Origin: Gammaproteobacteria bacterium
GTDB lineage: Bacteria > Pseudomonadota > Gammaproteobacteria > UBA4575
Direction: 5' to 3'
DNA length: 64,000 nt
NCBI GenBank assembly: GCA_028279275.1
Contig: JANQOB010000012.1
Coordinates: forward strand, 20,203 to 84,202
This document shows, piece by piece, positions 9,880 through 19,082 of this stretch. The translations under genes were made by a program, and so were the position numbers. The notes below the pieces were generated by a model, which was not told the origin of the DNA, did not search any database, and worked only from the letters and a program-made list of their open reading frames with translations. Within the stretch, counting starts at the first letter, position 1. Each line of letters opens with the position of its first letter.

Positions 9880-11193
9880 ATGAAGAAAAATGTAGATTCA
9901 CAGCAAATTGATTTGCATCATTCTCGCTTGACTGGGGAAGTAATCGATTCCAGTCAGATATGTGAAGGCGCTTTGAAAATTATTTCTCAGCTGCATGCGG
10001 CTGGATTTCAGGCCTATATTGTGGGTGGTGGAGTAAGGGATTTATTGCTGGATTTGCACCCCAAAGATTTCGATATTGCTACTAATGCCACTCCCGAGGA
10101 TGTGCGTCGTTTATTTGATAATAGCCGAATTATCGGCAGACGTTTTCGAATTGTGCATGTCTATTTTGAAGGAGGTATTGTTGAAGTTTCAACGTTTCGT
10201 GCAGCAAGTACAGCCAGTACGAATAAAGAGGGACGTATTATTGCGGACAATACTTTTGGCAGTATTGAAGAAGATGCGTTTCGTCGTGACTTTACCGTTA
10301 ATGCATTATTTTATGATTCTGAAAATGATCAAATTTTAGATTTAGTAAATGGCATAGACGACGTAAAAGCAAAACTATTACGCGTTATCGGTGATCCTGA
10401 TTTGCGTTTTCGTGAAGACCCTGTTCGGATGTTGCGTGCGGTCAGATTGGCGACCAAGCTTAATTTTGAAATAGAAGAAAGTGCAAAAGATGCAATCAAT
10501 CGTTTGGGTTGTTTGCTATCCGAAGTACCCTCGGCGCGTTTGTTTGATGAAATGATTAAACTATTTCATGGAGGAAATGCTTTAGAAACTTACAAGGGCT
10601 TACGTGAGTTTGATTTATTTCGACACATGTTTCCTTTGACTCAGCAAGTGCTAGAAGAAGAAGCAGCCAGTGAGTCACTAACTTATACAAATTTAGTTAG
10701 TATCGCATTGGAGAATACTGATGAACGCATTCTCACTGGGAAATCGGTTACGCCTGCATTTCTTTATGCGGTTTTTTTATGGGGGCCTATGCGTAGACTA
10801 AGCAAACAGTTAGAGCTAGATGGTTTGTCGCCCAGGGTTGCGCATGATGCTGCAGCGAAAGATACTATTCTTTCACAACTGCCTTATACATCCATTCCAA
10901 AGCGCTTTTCTTATACGACGCGTGATATTTGGGATTTGCAATATCGTTTTTATCGTCGAAAGGGTAAGCAAGCCTATAAGCTGTTTGAACATGATCGGTT
11001 TCGTGCGGCTTATGACTTTTTGTGCTTACGAGCAAGCGCAGGAGAACCGGTGGATGAACTTTGCGAATGGTGGACGGTTTTTCAAGAAGTCGATGAGACC
11101 ACTCGGCGCAAGATGCTGCGTGCCTCGAAAGGGGTTAAAAAACCTAAATCAAAAATGAAATCGGGTCGTTATAAAAACAAAACCTATCACTAG
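9880..11193 (+). CDS. pcnB: Poly(A) polymerase I
   Basis: Nucleotidyltransferase motif GGGVRDLLL..DFDIAT with a basic C-terminal tail. folK lies downstream, as in E. coli. Confidence 0.9.
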   Translation: MKKNVDSQQIDLHHSRLTGEVIDSSQICEGALKIISQLHAAGFQAYIVGGGVRDLLLDLHPKDFDIATNATPEDVRRLFDNSRIIGRRFRIVHVYFEGGIVEVSTFRAASTASTNKEGRIIADNTFGSIEEDAFRRDFTVNALFYDSENDQILDLVNGIDDVKAKLLRVIGDPDLRFREDPVRMLRAVRLATKLNFEIEESAKDAINRLGCLLSEVPSARLFDEMIKLFHGGNALETYKGLREFDLFRHMFPLTQQVLEEEAASESLTYTNLVSIALENTDERILTGKSVTPAFLYAVFLWGPMRRLSKQLELDGLSPRVAHDAAAKDTILSQLPYTSIPKRFSYTTRDIWDLQYRFYRRKGKQAYKLFEHDRFRAAYDFLCLRASAGEPVDELCEWWTVFQEVDETTRRKMLRASKGVKKPKSKMKSGRYKNKTYH

Positions 11194-11206
11194 GTTTTAT
11201 TACATT

Positions 11207-11707
11207 ATGTCTTTTAAAGATGCCTACATAGGACTGGGAAGTAATTTATCTGATCCTCAAGCTCAAGTTACTCAAGCACTGCAAGAGTTAAATTCCATTC
11301 CGGATACCAAGCTAGTCAAAGCTTCGAGCTTATATATAAGCGAACCAATGGGCCCATCAGATCAGCCTGATTACATCAATGCAGTGGCAAAAATCAGCAC
11401 GTGTCTTTCTGCTGAAGATCTGCTTAAAGAATTGCAGAGTATTGAAAATAGGCATCGAAGACAGCGAAATGGTCAACGTTGGGGGCCAAGGACACTAGAT
11501 TTAGATATCATTCTATTTGGGGATGAGCAAATAGATAGTAAAAAGCTGCAAATCCCTCATTACGGTGTATCTGAGCGAGAATTTGTATTAATTCCTTTAC
11601 AAGAGCTACAGGCGGACCTCATTATTCCAGGCAAGGGCTCAGTTGCTGATCTAATAGACAATCTGCCAGAGTACCGTTTACAGAAATTAGACCATAATAA
11701 TGGATAA
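11207..11707 (+). CDS. folK: 2-amino-4-hydroxy-6-hydroxymethyldihydropteridine pyrophosphokinase
   Basis: HPPK motifs (YIGLGSNL, RWGPRTLDLDIILFG). Confidence 0.9.
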   Translation: MSFKDAYIGLGSNLSDPQAQVTQALQELNSIPDTKLVKASSLYISEPMGPSDQPDYINAVAKISTCLSAEDLLKELQSIENRHRRQRNGQRWGPRTLDLDIILFGDEQIDSKKLQIPHYGVSEREFVLIPLQELQADLIIPGKGSVADLIDNLPEYRLQKLDHNNG

Positions 11708-12350
11708 GCACAATCTTAAATACCTCGTTATCGAGGGGCCGATTGGGGTTGGTAAAACCAGTTTGGCACAACGTTTAGCGGACGAGTTCGGTTCAACATT
11801 GTTGCTTGAACATGTTGATGATAATCCTTTTCTTGCGCGTTTTTACCAACATCCACGCGAAGCGGCATTGTCTACACAACTTTATTTTTTATTGCAACGC
11901 ACGAAACAGCTGCAAGAATTTAAGCAAACCGATATTTTTTCCCCAGTGCGTGTCGCCGATTTTCTGATTGAGAAAGATCGTTTGTTTGCCCAAGTAACCT
12001 TAAATGCCAGTGAATATGAACTCTATGAACAAATTTATTCACATTTAACCATAGACGCACCCGTTCCCGATTTGGTGGTGTATTTACAAGCGCCTGTTGA
12101 AATTTTAATTCAACGTATTCGTAAACGTGGTAGAGGCTATGAACGATTGATTGAAACAGCATATTTAGAGCAGTTGAACGAAGCGTATGCGAAGTTTTTT
12201 TACGACTATGACCAAGCCCCATGTTTAATTGTCAATGCGAGTGATATTGATTTCATCAATAATGATCAAGACTACCAGCAGTTATTACATGAAATTCTCA
12301 ATACAGAAGCAGGTAAGCGTTATTTTAATCCTTTGCCATTTGCAGGTTAA
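11700..12350 (+). CDS. Deoxynucleoside kinase family protein
   Basis: P-loop IEGPIGVGKTS and the dNK-family ERL/R-x-x-R region. Confidence 0.75.
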   Translation: MDKHNLKYLVIEGPIGVGKTSLAQRLADEFGSTLLLEHVDDNPFLARFYQHPREAALSTQLYFLLQRTKQLQEFKQTDIFSPVRVADFLIEKDRLFAQVTLNASEYELYEQIYSHLTIDAPVPDLVVYLQAPVEILIQRIRKRGRGYERLIETAYLEQLNEAYAKFFYDYDQAPCLIVNASDIDFINNDQDYQQLLHEILNTEAGKRYFNPLPFAG

Positions 12351-12378
12351 TAAATAAATCTATCCTGACGTTTTTAGA

Positions 12379-13176
12379 ATGAGTATTCACAAGCCGCAAA
12401 AAAATATCACACTCACTCGTTTGCATCAGATGAAAGCAAGTGATGAAAAAATCGCTTGTTTAACAGCCTATGACGCCAGTTTTGCCGCCATACTGGATCA
12501 AGTCGGTATGGACATTATCCTCGTAGGCGATTCACTCGGTATGGTTGTGCAAGGACAAGACAGCACGGTCTCTGTGACAATGGAAGACATGATTTATCAC
12601 AGCCAATGTGTAAGTGCTGCGGTAAAAAATGCTTTTGTTATTGCAGATATGCCATTTATGTCTTACACCAATGTAGAGCAAGCATTAGCTAACGCAACGG
12701 ATCTGATACAACTGGGCGGTGCTCAAATGGTAAAGCTCGAAGCTTCTACTAGACAGGTGAGTATTGTTGAAGAATTAAGTGAATGTGGAATCCCGATTTG
12801 TGCACATTTGGGTCTGCGTCCACAGTATATTCATAAATTGGGCGGTTATGCGATGCAAGGCAAGGATGATGCAAGTGCGAAAGAATTATTTGAAAGTGCT
12901 CAAAGCTTGCAAGCTGCAGGTGCCGATATGTTGTTGTTAGAGTGTGTACCAAATGCTTTGGCAAAAAAAATTACTCAAGAATCTTCTATTCCTGTAATAG
13001 GTATTGGTGCAGGACCAGACTGTGATGGGCAAATTCTTGTGTTACATGACGTCATTGGTATTACTCATGGGGTTACTCCAAAGTTCGCAAAAAACTTTTT
13101 AGCTGAAGCGGATGATATTCAATCTGCTATTTCTAATTACGTAAACGACGTTAAGAGCGTTACATTTCCTAATTAA
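12379..13176 (+). CDS. panB: 3-methyl-2-oxobutanoate hydroxymethyltransferase
   Basis: KPMT family sequence (LTAYD, IILVGDSLGMVVQG), upstream of panC. Confidence 0.9.
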   Translation: MSIHKPQKNITLTRLHQMKASDEKIACLTAYDASFAAILDQVGMDIILVGDSLGMVVQGQDSTVSVTMEDMIYHSQCVSAAVKNAFVIADMPFMSYTNVEQALANATDLIQLGGAQMVKLEASTRQVSIVEELSECGIPICAHLGLRPQYIHKLGGYAMQGKDDASAKELFESAQSLQAAGADMLLLECVPNALAKKITQESSIPVIGIGAGPDCDGQILVLHDVIGITHGVTPKFAKNFLAEADDIQSAISNYVNDVKSVTFPN

Positions 13177-13182
13177 ATAACC

Positions 13183-14034
13183 ATGCGAGTTGTAAAAACG
13201 GTTGCTGAGCTACGCCAGCAAGTTAAAGTATGGAAATCTGAGCATGAAAAAATTGTATTTGTGCCAACAATGGGTAACTTACATGCTGGTCACTTAGCAC
13301 TAATCAAACATGCGCATACATTTGGTGACAAGATTGTTTGTAGTATTTTTGTGAATGCTTTGCAATTTGAGCGAGATGAGGACTTGCAAACCTATCCACG
13401 CACACCCGAGCAAGATATTGAGGCGTTAGAAAGTGAGGATGTAGATTTAGTTTTCATGCCTGAACATGATGAGGTCTATGCAGAAAAGCATAAACCTAAA
13501 AACGTAATCCCTAAACATCCTATCAACCAAGAGTTATGTGGTGAGTATCGACCAGGATTTTTTGATGGCATTGTAGAAGTTGTTGCAAGATTGTTTGATA
13601 TGGTTACTCCTGATGTTGCTGTTTTTGGCGAAAAAGATTATCAACAGTTAGTCATCATTAAGCTATTAGTAGAAGACCTGAGTTTGCCAATTAAGATTGA
13701 ATCTGTTGCAACGCAGCGAGAGGAAGATGGTTTGGCCTATAGTTCACGTAATGCTTATTTAAACCCGCAAGAAAGAACAAAGGCCAGACATTTGCATGCA
13801 GCCTTAATGCATGTAAAAACTCAAATTGAATCAGGTTTTAAAAACTTTGAGGCCTTAGAGCAACAGGCTATGGGACAGCTTTCACTGGCGGGTTTTCAAC
13901 CCGATTATGTAGCCATTCGAGATGCGGTAGATTTAGGCAACCCTGCATATGCTACTGATTCTATTGTAATTTTAGGCGCTGCCTGGCTGGGTAAAGCACG
14001 CTTGATCGACAATCTACTGTTACAAATGCGCTAA
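13183..14034 (+). CDS. panC: Pantoate--beta-alanine ligase
   Basis: PTMGNLHAGH HIGH-type motif, 283 aa. Confidence 0.9.
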   Translation: MRVVKTVAELRQQVKVWKSEHEKIVFVPTMGNLHAGHLALIKHAHTFGDKIVCSIFVNALQFERDEDLQTYPRTPEQDIEALESEDVDLVFMPEHDEVYAEKHKPKNVIPKHPINQELCGEYRPGFFDGIVEVVARLFDMVTPDVAVFGEKDYQQLVIIKLLVEDLSLPIKIESVATQREEDGLAYSSRNAYLNPQERTKARHLHAALMHVKTQIESGFKNFEALEQQAMGQLSLAGFQPDYVAIRDAVDLGNPAYATDSIVILGAAWLGKARLIDNLLLQMR

Positions 14035-14090
14035 ATCAGTATACTTAAGGTAACAGTTTATTCGAAGATTCATATTTCAAGGAGTTCGGT

Positions 14091-14189
14091 ATGTGGATGT
14101 TAGTTGTATTTATGGTTTTGCTAACTTTTGTAGTTAATATTGCTGCGCAATTAAATTTATTTAGTCATCTTAAGAATGGTACATATTAA
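14091..14189 (+). CDS. Unannotated 32-aa hydrophobic peptide (MWMLVVFMVLLTFVVNIAAQLNLFSHLKNGTY)
   Basis: Hand-translated. Strong SD (caAGGAGttcggt ATG). Lies between panC and a terminator hairpin. Single hydrophobic helix. Confidence 0.3.
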   Translation: MWMLVVFMVLLTFVVNIAAQLNLFSHLKNGTY

Positions 14190-14217
14190 TAGCTACCTTC
14201 ATTTTTAAATGAAAATA

Positions 14218-14250
14218 AATAAGGGCGCGAATAGCGCCCTTATTTTTTGC
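14218..14250 (+). terminator. Rho-independent terminator (panBC unit)
   Basis: aagggcgc-gaat-agcgccctt followed by attttttg. Confidence 0.6.
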
Positions 14251-14261
14251 GCTGCTAGAAG

Positions 14262-14385
14262 CCTTGATTTATTCTGGCTACTTCGTTAAAAATCATTTCA
14301 ATTTAGCTCATGTATATATTTATACACATCGCTCATTTCAATATATTTGCCTCATCTCAAAATAAATCAAAACCTCTTTGAGAAT
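14262..14385. repeat. ~125-bp intergenic repeat element, copy 1 (upstream of pgi), with terminal inverted repeats
   Basis: About 80% identical to 25965..26090. Ends ttgatttatt / aataaatcaa are reverse complements of each other. Confidence 0.7.
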
Positions 14386-15933
14386 ATGAGCAGTACAATA
14401 AAAAAATTGTCCTCTTACCAGGTGCTAGCCAAACATTTTGATGATATTAATTCTCATACCTTGCGAGAATTGTTTACGCAAGATGAGGGTCGTTTTTCAA
14501 AGTTTTCGGTGCAATTTGAAGGATTGCTATTTGATTACTCAAAAAACCGTATCACAAAAGATACGGTTGCAAAGCTTATTGCATTGTTTAATGAATGTGA
14601 TGTTGACGCTTGGCGAGAGAAAATGTTTGCGGGCGAAAAAATTAACTCTACAGAGAATCGCGGGGTTCAACACACTGCATTACGCGATTTGGAGAATAAA
14701 AATTCTGAAATTGCGAACAAACAAATAGACGCATTAAAAAAGATAGAATCTTTTATTGCCAAGTTAAAAAAATCAAACATTACTGATGTGGTAAATATTG
14801 GTATTGGAGGTTCTCATCTAGGGCCTCAGTTTGTTTGTGATGCTTTGCGAGAATATTCGAGTTCAAATTTAAATGTTCATTTTGTGGCTAATGTGGATGC
14901 AGAAGAGATTAATCGTGTTCTGGAGACTCTCAATCCAAAAAACACTATGTTTATAGTCACTTCTAAGAGTTTTACCACTCAAGAAACTTTAACTAATTCA
15001 ATAACTGCAAGATCTTGGTTAGCATTAGATATAAATCTTAAAAATCAAGATCATTTTGTTGCTGTTACTGCAAATGTAAAAAAAGCCACTGAATTTGGCA
15101 TTGCAGAAGAAAATATTTTTCCCATGTGGGATGAAATAGGTGGGCGCTATTCACTCTGGTCTGCTGTTGGTTTATCTATAGCGGTAAAAATTGGAATGGA
15201 GAACTTTAGAGAACTTCTAAAAGGGGCGCATGCAATGGATCAGCATTTTTTTGATACGCCAGCAGATGAAAACATCCCAGTACTAATGGCTTTACTGGAT
15301 ATTTGGAACCAGCATTTTCTGAATACAACAGCGCATGCCATTCTTCCTTATGACGTTCGTTTAACCTACTTACCGGCTTATTTGCAGCAACTGGTAATGG
15401 AGAGTAATGGTAAGTCAGTAGACCGACAGGGAAATAAATTAGCTGTGGCAAGCTCGGCTATTTTGTTTGGTGATGTTGGAACAAATGCGCAACATAGTTT
15501 TTTCCAATTATTGCATCAGGGTACACAGCTGGTGAGCTGTGACTTTATAGGTATAGCAAAACCCTCTCATGATAATTATGCACAGCATGAAATTTTGCTT
15601 GCGAACATGATTGGTCAAACACAAGCTTTGATGATGGGGCAAAGTTTAGAAGAGGCGGGTGATGAACATAAAGTTTTTTCTGGAAATCGAGCTAGTAATA
15701 CAATTTTCTTATCACAACTGACTCCTTATTCACTCGGCATGTTGTTAGCCATATATGAACACAGAACGTTTGTTCATGGAGCATTATTGAATATCAATTC
15801 CTTTGATCAGATGGGAGTTGAGTTGGGTAAACGACTGGCAAATAAATTGCTCGATAAAATCCGAAACGAGTCTGTAACCGGAGAAGACTCATCCACCAGT
15901 GGCTTGATCGACTTTTATAAACAGAATAATTAG
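14386..15933 (+). CDS. pgi: Glucose-6-phosphate isomerase (likely start MSSTIKKL; track ORF begins 13 codons earlier inside the repeat element)
   Basis: PGI family sequence with [ST]IG..GGRYSLWSAVG motifs, ~515 aa. Confidence 0.9.
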   Translation: MSSTIKKLSSYQVLAKHFDDINSHTLRELFTQDEGRFSKFSVQFEGLLFDYSKNRITKDTVAKLIALFNECDVDAWREKMFAGEKINSTENRGVQHTALRDLENKNSEIANKQIDALKKIESFIAKLKKSNITDVVNIGIGGSHLGPQFVCDALREYSSSNLNVHFVANVDAEEINRVLETLNPKNTMFIVTSKSFTTQETLTNSITARSWLALDINLKNQDHFVAVTANVKKATEFGIAEENIFPMWDEIGGRYSLWSAVGLSIAVKIGMENFRELLKGAHAMDQHFFDTPADENIPVLMALLDIWNQHFLNTTAHAILPYDVRLTYLPAYLQQLVMESNGKSVDRQGNKLAVASSAILFGDVGTNAQHSFFQLLHQGTQLVSCDFIGIAKPSHDNYAQHEILLANMIGQTQALMMGQSLEEAGDEHKVFSGNRASNTIFLSQLTPYSLGMLLAIYEHRTFVHGALLNINSFDQMGVELGKRLANKLLDKIRNESVTGEDSSTSGLIDFYKQNN

Positions 15934-16994
15934 CTTTGCTGGTGCTGCTCTAAAGCCCATTCGGCATGCTCTCTCACTAATTCGCTTGAATGATTTAGCT
16001 TTTCTTTTAGCGCATGAATTACGCTAGGTGTGCTGGGTGCATTGCCCAAGGCCACGGCAATGTTTCGTAACCAGCATTCATAGTCTATGCGCCGAATAGC
16101 CGAACCCTCGGTATTATCTAAGAATTCTTTTTCGCTCCAATTAAATAAGGCAATCAACTCAGGTGCGTCTAAATTATTTCGTACTGCGAAATCTGCAAGC
16201 TCACTTTTTTGTTCAAAACGATTCCATGGGCAATACAGTTGACAATCATCACAACCATAAATCCTATTCCCCATCGCTTTTCTGAACTCAATTGGAATGG
16301 ATCCCTTTAATTCAATCGTGTGATAAGAAATACAGCGGCGTGCATCTAATTTATACGGTGCAATAATCGCTTGAGTTGGACAGGCATCCATACATGTTCG
16401 ACATGTTCCGCAGTGGTTTTCTACAGGGGTGTCTATTGGTAAGGGGAGGTCGGTATAGAGTTCGCCAAGAAAAAACCATGAACCACATTCTTTATTAATT
16501 AAATTAGTATGTTTGCCAATCCAGCCAAGTCCTGCTTTTTCTGCTAGGGCTTTTTCCAATACTGGCGCGCTGTCGACAAATGCGCGGTAACCAAATGGAC
16601 CTACTTCATTAGCAATTTTGTCTGCAAGTTTTTGCAAGCGCTTTCGTATTACTTTGTGATAGTCGCGCCCTAGTGCATAACGGGAGATGTATGCTTGTTC
16701 ATAATTATTTAATACATCTTCTTCATTTGCTGCATCAGGAGCTTGATAATTTATGCGAGTAGAAATAATGCGAATTGTTCCGGGAATTAATTTTTCTGGT
16801 CGAGATCGCTTTGTGCCATGCTGATCCATAAAGTGCATTTCTCCATGGTAGCCTGCTTCTAACCAGTTCATTAAGTGTGTTTCATGTTCGCTTAGCTCGG
16901 TATTAGTAATTCCAATTTCGTCAAAGCCTAATGCACTACCCCATGCTCTGATATCTTGAGCAAGTTTTGCAAAATCGGTAGTAACGCTATTCAT
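15930..16994 (-). CDS. queG: Epoxyqueuosine reductase QueG
   Basis: 4Fe-4S ferredoxin motif CGTCRTCMDACPT and a cobalamin-binding N-terminal region. Convergent with pgi, overlapping it by 4 nt. Confidence 0.9.
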   Translation of the reverse strand: MNSVTTDFAKLAQDIRAWGSALGFDEIGITNTELSEHETHLMNWLEAGYHGEMHFMDQHGTKRSRPEKLIPGTIRIISTRINYQAPDAANEEDVLNNYEQAYISRYALGRDYHKVIRKRLQKLADKIANEVGPFGYRAFVDSAPVLEKALAEKAGLGWIGKHTNLINKECGSWFFLGELYTDLPLPIDTPVENHCGTCRTCMDACPTQAIIAPYKLDARRCISYHTIELKGSIPIEFRKAMGNRIYGCDDCQLYCPWNRFEQKSELADFAVRNNLDAPELIALFNWSEKEFLDNTEGSAIRRIDYECWLRNIAVALGNAPSTPSVIHALKEKLNHSSELVREHAEWALEQHQQS

Positions 16995-17018
16995 GGGTAG
17001 GCTAGGTATAATTCAGTT

Positions 17019-18494
17019 ATGCAGAAAATCGAAAATCAAATTTATTTGGCGCATCAAGTTCGCGAGCTGGATCGTATTGCTATAGAGGAATTTAACATAC
17101 CCAGCTTTACATTAATGCAGCGTGCGGCAGATGCGGGATTTAAAGAAATTCAGCAAGCATGGCCGGGAGTTAATCGTATCGTAGTGTTTGTTGGTACCGG
17201 CAATAATGGAGGAGATGGTTATGTGATTGCGAGCTTGGCATTAGATGCAAACATTAAAGTTGAGCTTATTCAGGTAGGTGATCACACAAAATTACAAGGT
17301 GATGCACGCAAAGCACACGATTTGTTTATTCAAAAGGGTGGGAAATCTAAAGCATTTGAAGACGTAATTACATTTAATTGCGATTTGATTATAGATGCTT
17401 TACTGGGTACTGGATTAACACGTGATGTAAAGGATGACTACGCAAAAGCGATTGCAAGTATCAACCAACACTCCTCGCCAGTATTGAGCGTAGATATCCC
17501 GTCGGGTTTGAATGCAGATAATGGGCATACAATGGGCAGTGCCGTATTTGCAGATACTACGGTTACGTTTGTGGGTATGAAACTTGGATTACTCACTGCT
17601 GCAGGACATGAGTATTCAGGTAAAATAGTCTTTAATCATTTAGAAATTCCTAACCAAGTTTATCAATCTATGTCTGTTACCTGTCATTCAATTCAACTGA
17701 ATGAATTACAAGATGTCTTAGGCGTTCGTAAAGCAGATGCACACAAAGGGGATTTTGGTCATGTATTAATAATTGGAGGAAATAAAGGCATGGCGGGTTC
17801 GGTCATGCTTGCAGCAGAAGCCGCTGCAAGAACAGGTGCCGGTTTAGTTTCTGTCGCAACTGTTCCAATTCATGCCTCGGTTGCGTTGCAATCATGTAGA
17901 GAAATTATGGTCCATGGAGTAGAAGGGATTTCTGAATTAAATGCGCTATTAGAAAACTGTAGTGTGGTCGCTATTGGACCTGGTCTAGGTCGAGATGCCT
18001 GGTCAAAAAAATTATTTGCACGTGTTCTGGAGTTTGATCTGCCTATGGTAGTGGATGCCGATGCACTCAATCTTTTAGCCAGCGAACCTAGTAAAAAATC
18101 ATCATGGGTGATAACGCCTCATCCTGGTGAAGCAGCTCGTTTACTAAAATGTGAAACAAAAGATGTTCAAGCCGATCGTTTAAAATCGGTGCAAGAGCTA
18201 CAAAAGCAATACGGAGGCATAAGTGTTTTGAAAGGTAGCGGGACGTTAATTGCATCTGAAGATGAGAGCTCAATTTGTGACGCTGGAAACCCGGGTATGG
18301 CCAGTGGTGGAATGGGTGATGTCTTAACAGGGATAATTGCTGGATTGTTGGCGCAAGGTTTAAATATCTATGATGCCGCACGTTTTGGTGTGCAATTGCA
18401 TGCGCAAAGCGGTGATCTTGCTGCACAAGAAGGTGTACGTGGGATGTTGGCGAGTGATTTATTTGTGCCCCTGAGAAAATTATTAAACAGCTAA
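17019..18494 (+). CDS. nnr: Bifunctional NAD(P)H-hydrate repair enzyme Nnr (YjeF N+C domains)
   Basis: N-terminal epimerase domain (GTGNNGGDG) and C-terminal carbohydrate-kinase-like dehydratase domain (GGMGDVLTG). nnr-tsaE-amiB order as in E. coli. Confidence 0.85.
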   Translation: MQKIENQIYLAHQVRELDRIAIEEFNIPSFTLMQRAADAGFKEIQQAWPGVNRIVVFVGTGNNGGDGYVIASLALDANIKVELIQVGDHTKLQGDARKAHDLFIQKGGKSKAFEDVITFNCDLIIDALLGTGLTRDVKDDYAKAIASINQHSSPVLSVDIPSGLNADNGHTMGSAVFADTTVTFVGMKLGLLTAAGHEYSGKIVFNHLEIPNQVYQSMSVTCHSIQLNELQDVLGVRKADAHKGDFGHVLIIGGNKGMAGSVMLAAEAAARTGAGLVSVATVPIHASVALQSCREIMVHGVEGISELNALLENCSVVAIGPGLGRDAWSKKLFARVLEFDLPMVVDADALNLLASEPSKKSSWVITPHPGEAARLLKCETKDVQADRLKSVQELQKQYGGISVLKGSGTLIASEDESSICDAGNPGMASGGMGDVLTGIIAGLLAQGLNIYDAARFGVQLHAQSGDLAAQEGVRGMLASDLFVPLRKLLNS

Positions 18495-18517
18495 CTTTGC
18501 TTAATACCTAGCGTTTC

Positions 18518-18964
18518 ATGACTAATCTCGTTGGCGAAGCTGCCACATTAGAATTTGCGGCAAAATTTGCAGGTTTATGTAAACCACCGCTAGTTATTTA
18601 TCTTGAAGGTGATTTAGGAACGGGCAAAACAACATTTGCGAGAGGCCTGATCCGTGCCATGGGCCATGCGGGAAATGTGAAAAGCCCGACTTTCTCACTC
18701 GTTGAAATTTATGAATTCGAGGGAACTCGTCTTTTCCATTTTGATCTATATCGCTTGAATGATCCTCTTGAGCTAGAGTTTACGGGTATACGTGATGTTG
18801 CTGGAGAATTAGATGTTGTTTGCTTAATCGAGTGGCCTGAGCGTGGAGGAGATGAAGTTCCTGCCGCGGATTTGGTGATTCATTTGGATTATGAGGGTGA
18901 TTCGCGCAATTTGCAGTATCAGGGCATCACAGCCAAAGGTCAGGCAATTATTAACAATTTATGA
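18518..18964 (+). CDS. tsaE: tRNA threonylcarbamoyladenosine biosynthesis protein TsaE
   Basis: P-loop GDLGTGKTTF, ~150 aa. Confidence 0.85.
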   Translation: MTNLVGEAATLEFAAKFAGLCKPPLVIYLEGDLGTGKTTFARGLIRAMGHAGNVKSPTFSLVEIYEFEGTRLFHFDLYRLNDPLELEFTGIRDVAGELDVVCLIEWPERGGDEVPAADLVIHLDYEGDSRNLQYQGITAKGQAIINNL

Positions 18965-19082
18965 GACCCGGCTCTAATAAATCTACATAGCTCATTAGTT
19001 TTAATAGAGTTTTTGCTTGCATTTTCATCTAGATTTGTCACACTTTTATTCCGGTTTCATGTTGTAAGGACTACAGTTTCAC

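Noticed and set aside
14347-14385. N-terminal 13 codons of the track's pgi ORF (MPHLKINQNLFEN)
   Set aside because: This lies inside the duplicated 125-bp element, and the homologous frame upstream of miaA is not coding. The conserved PGI sequence starts at the next ATG.
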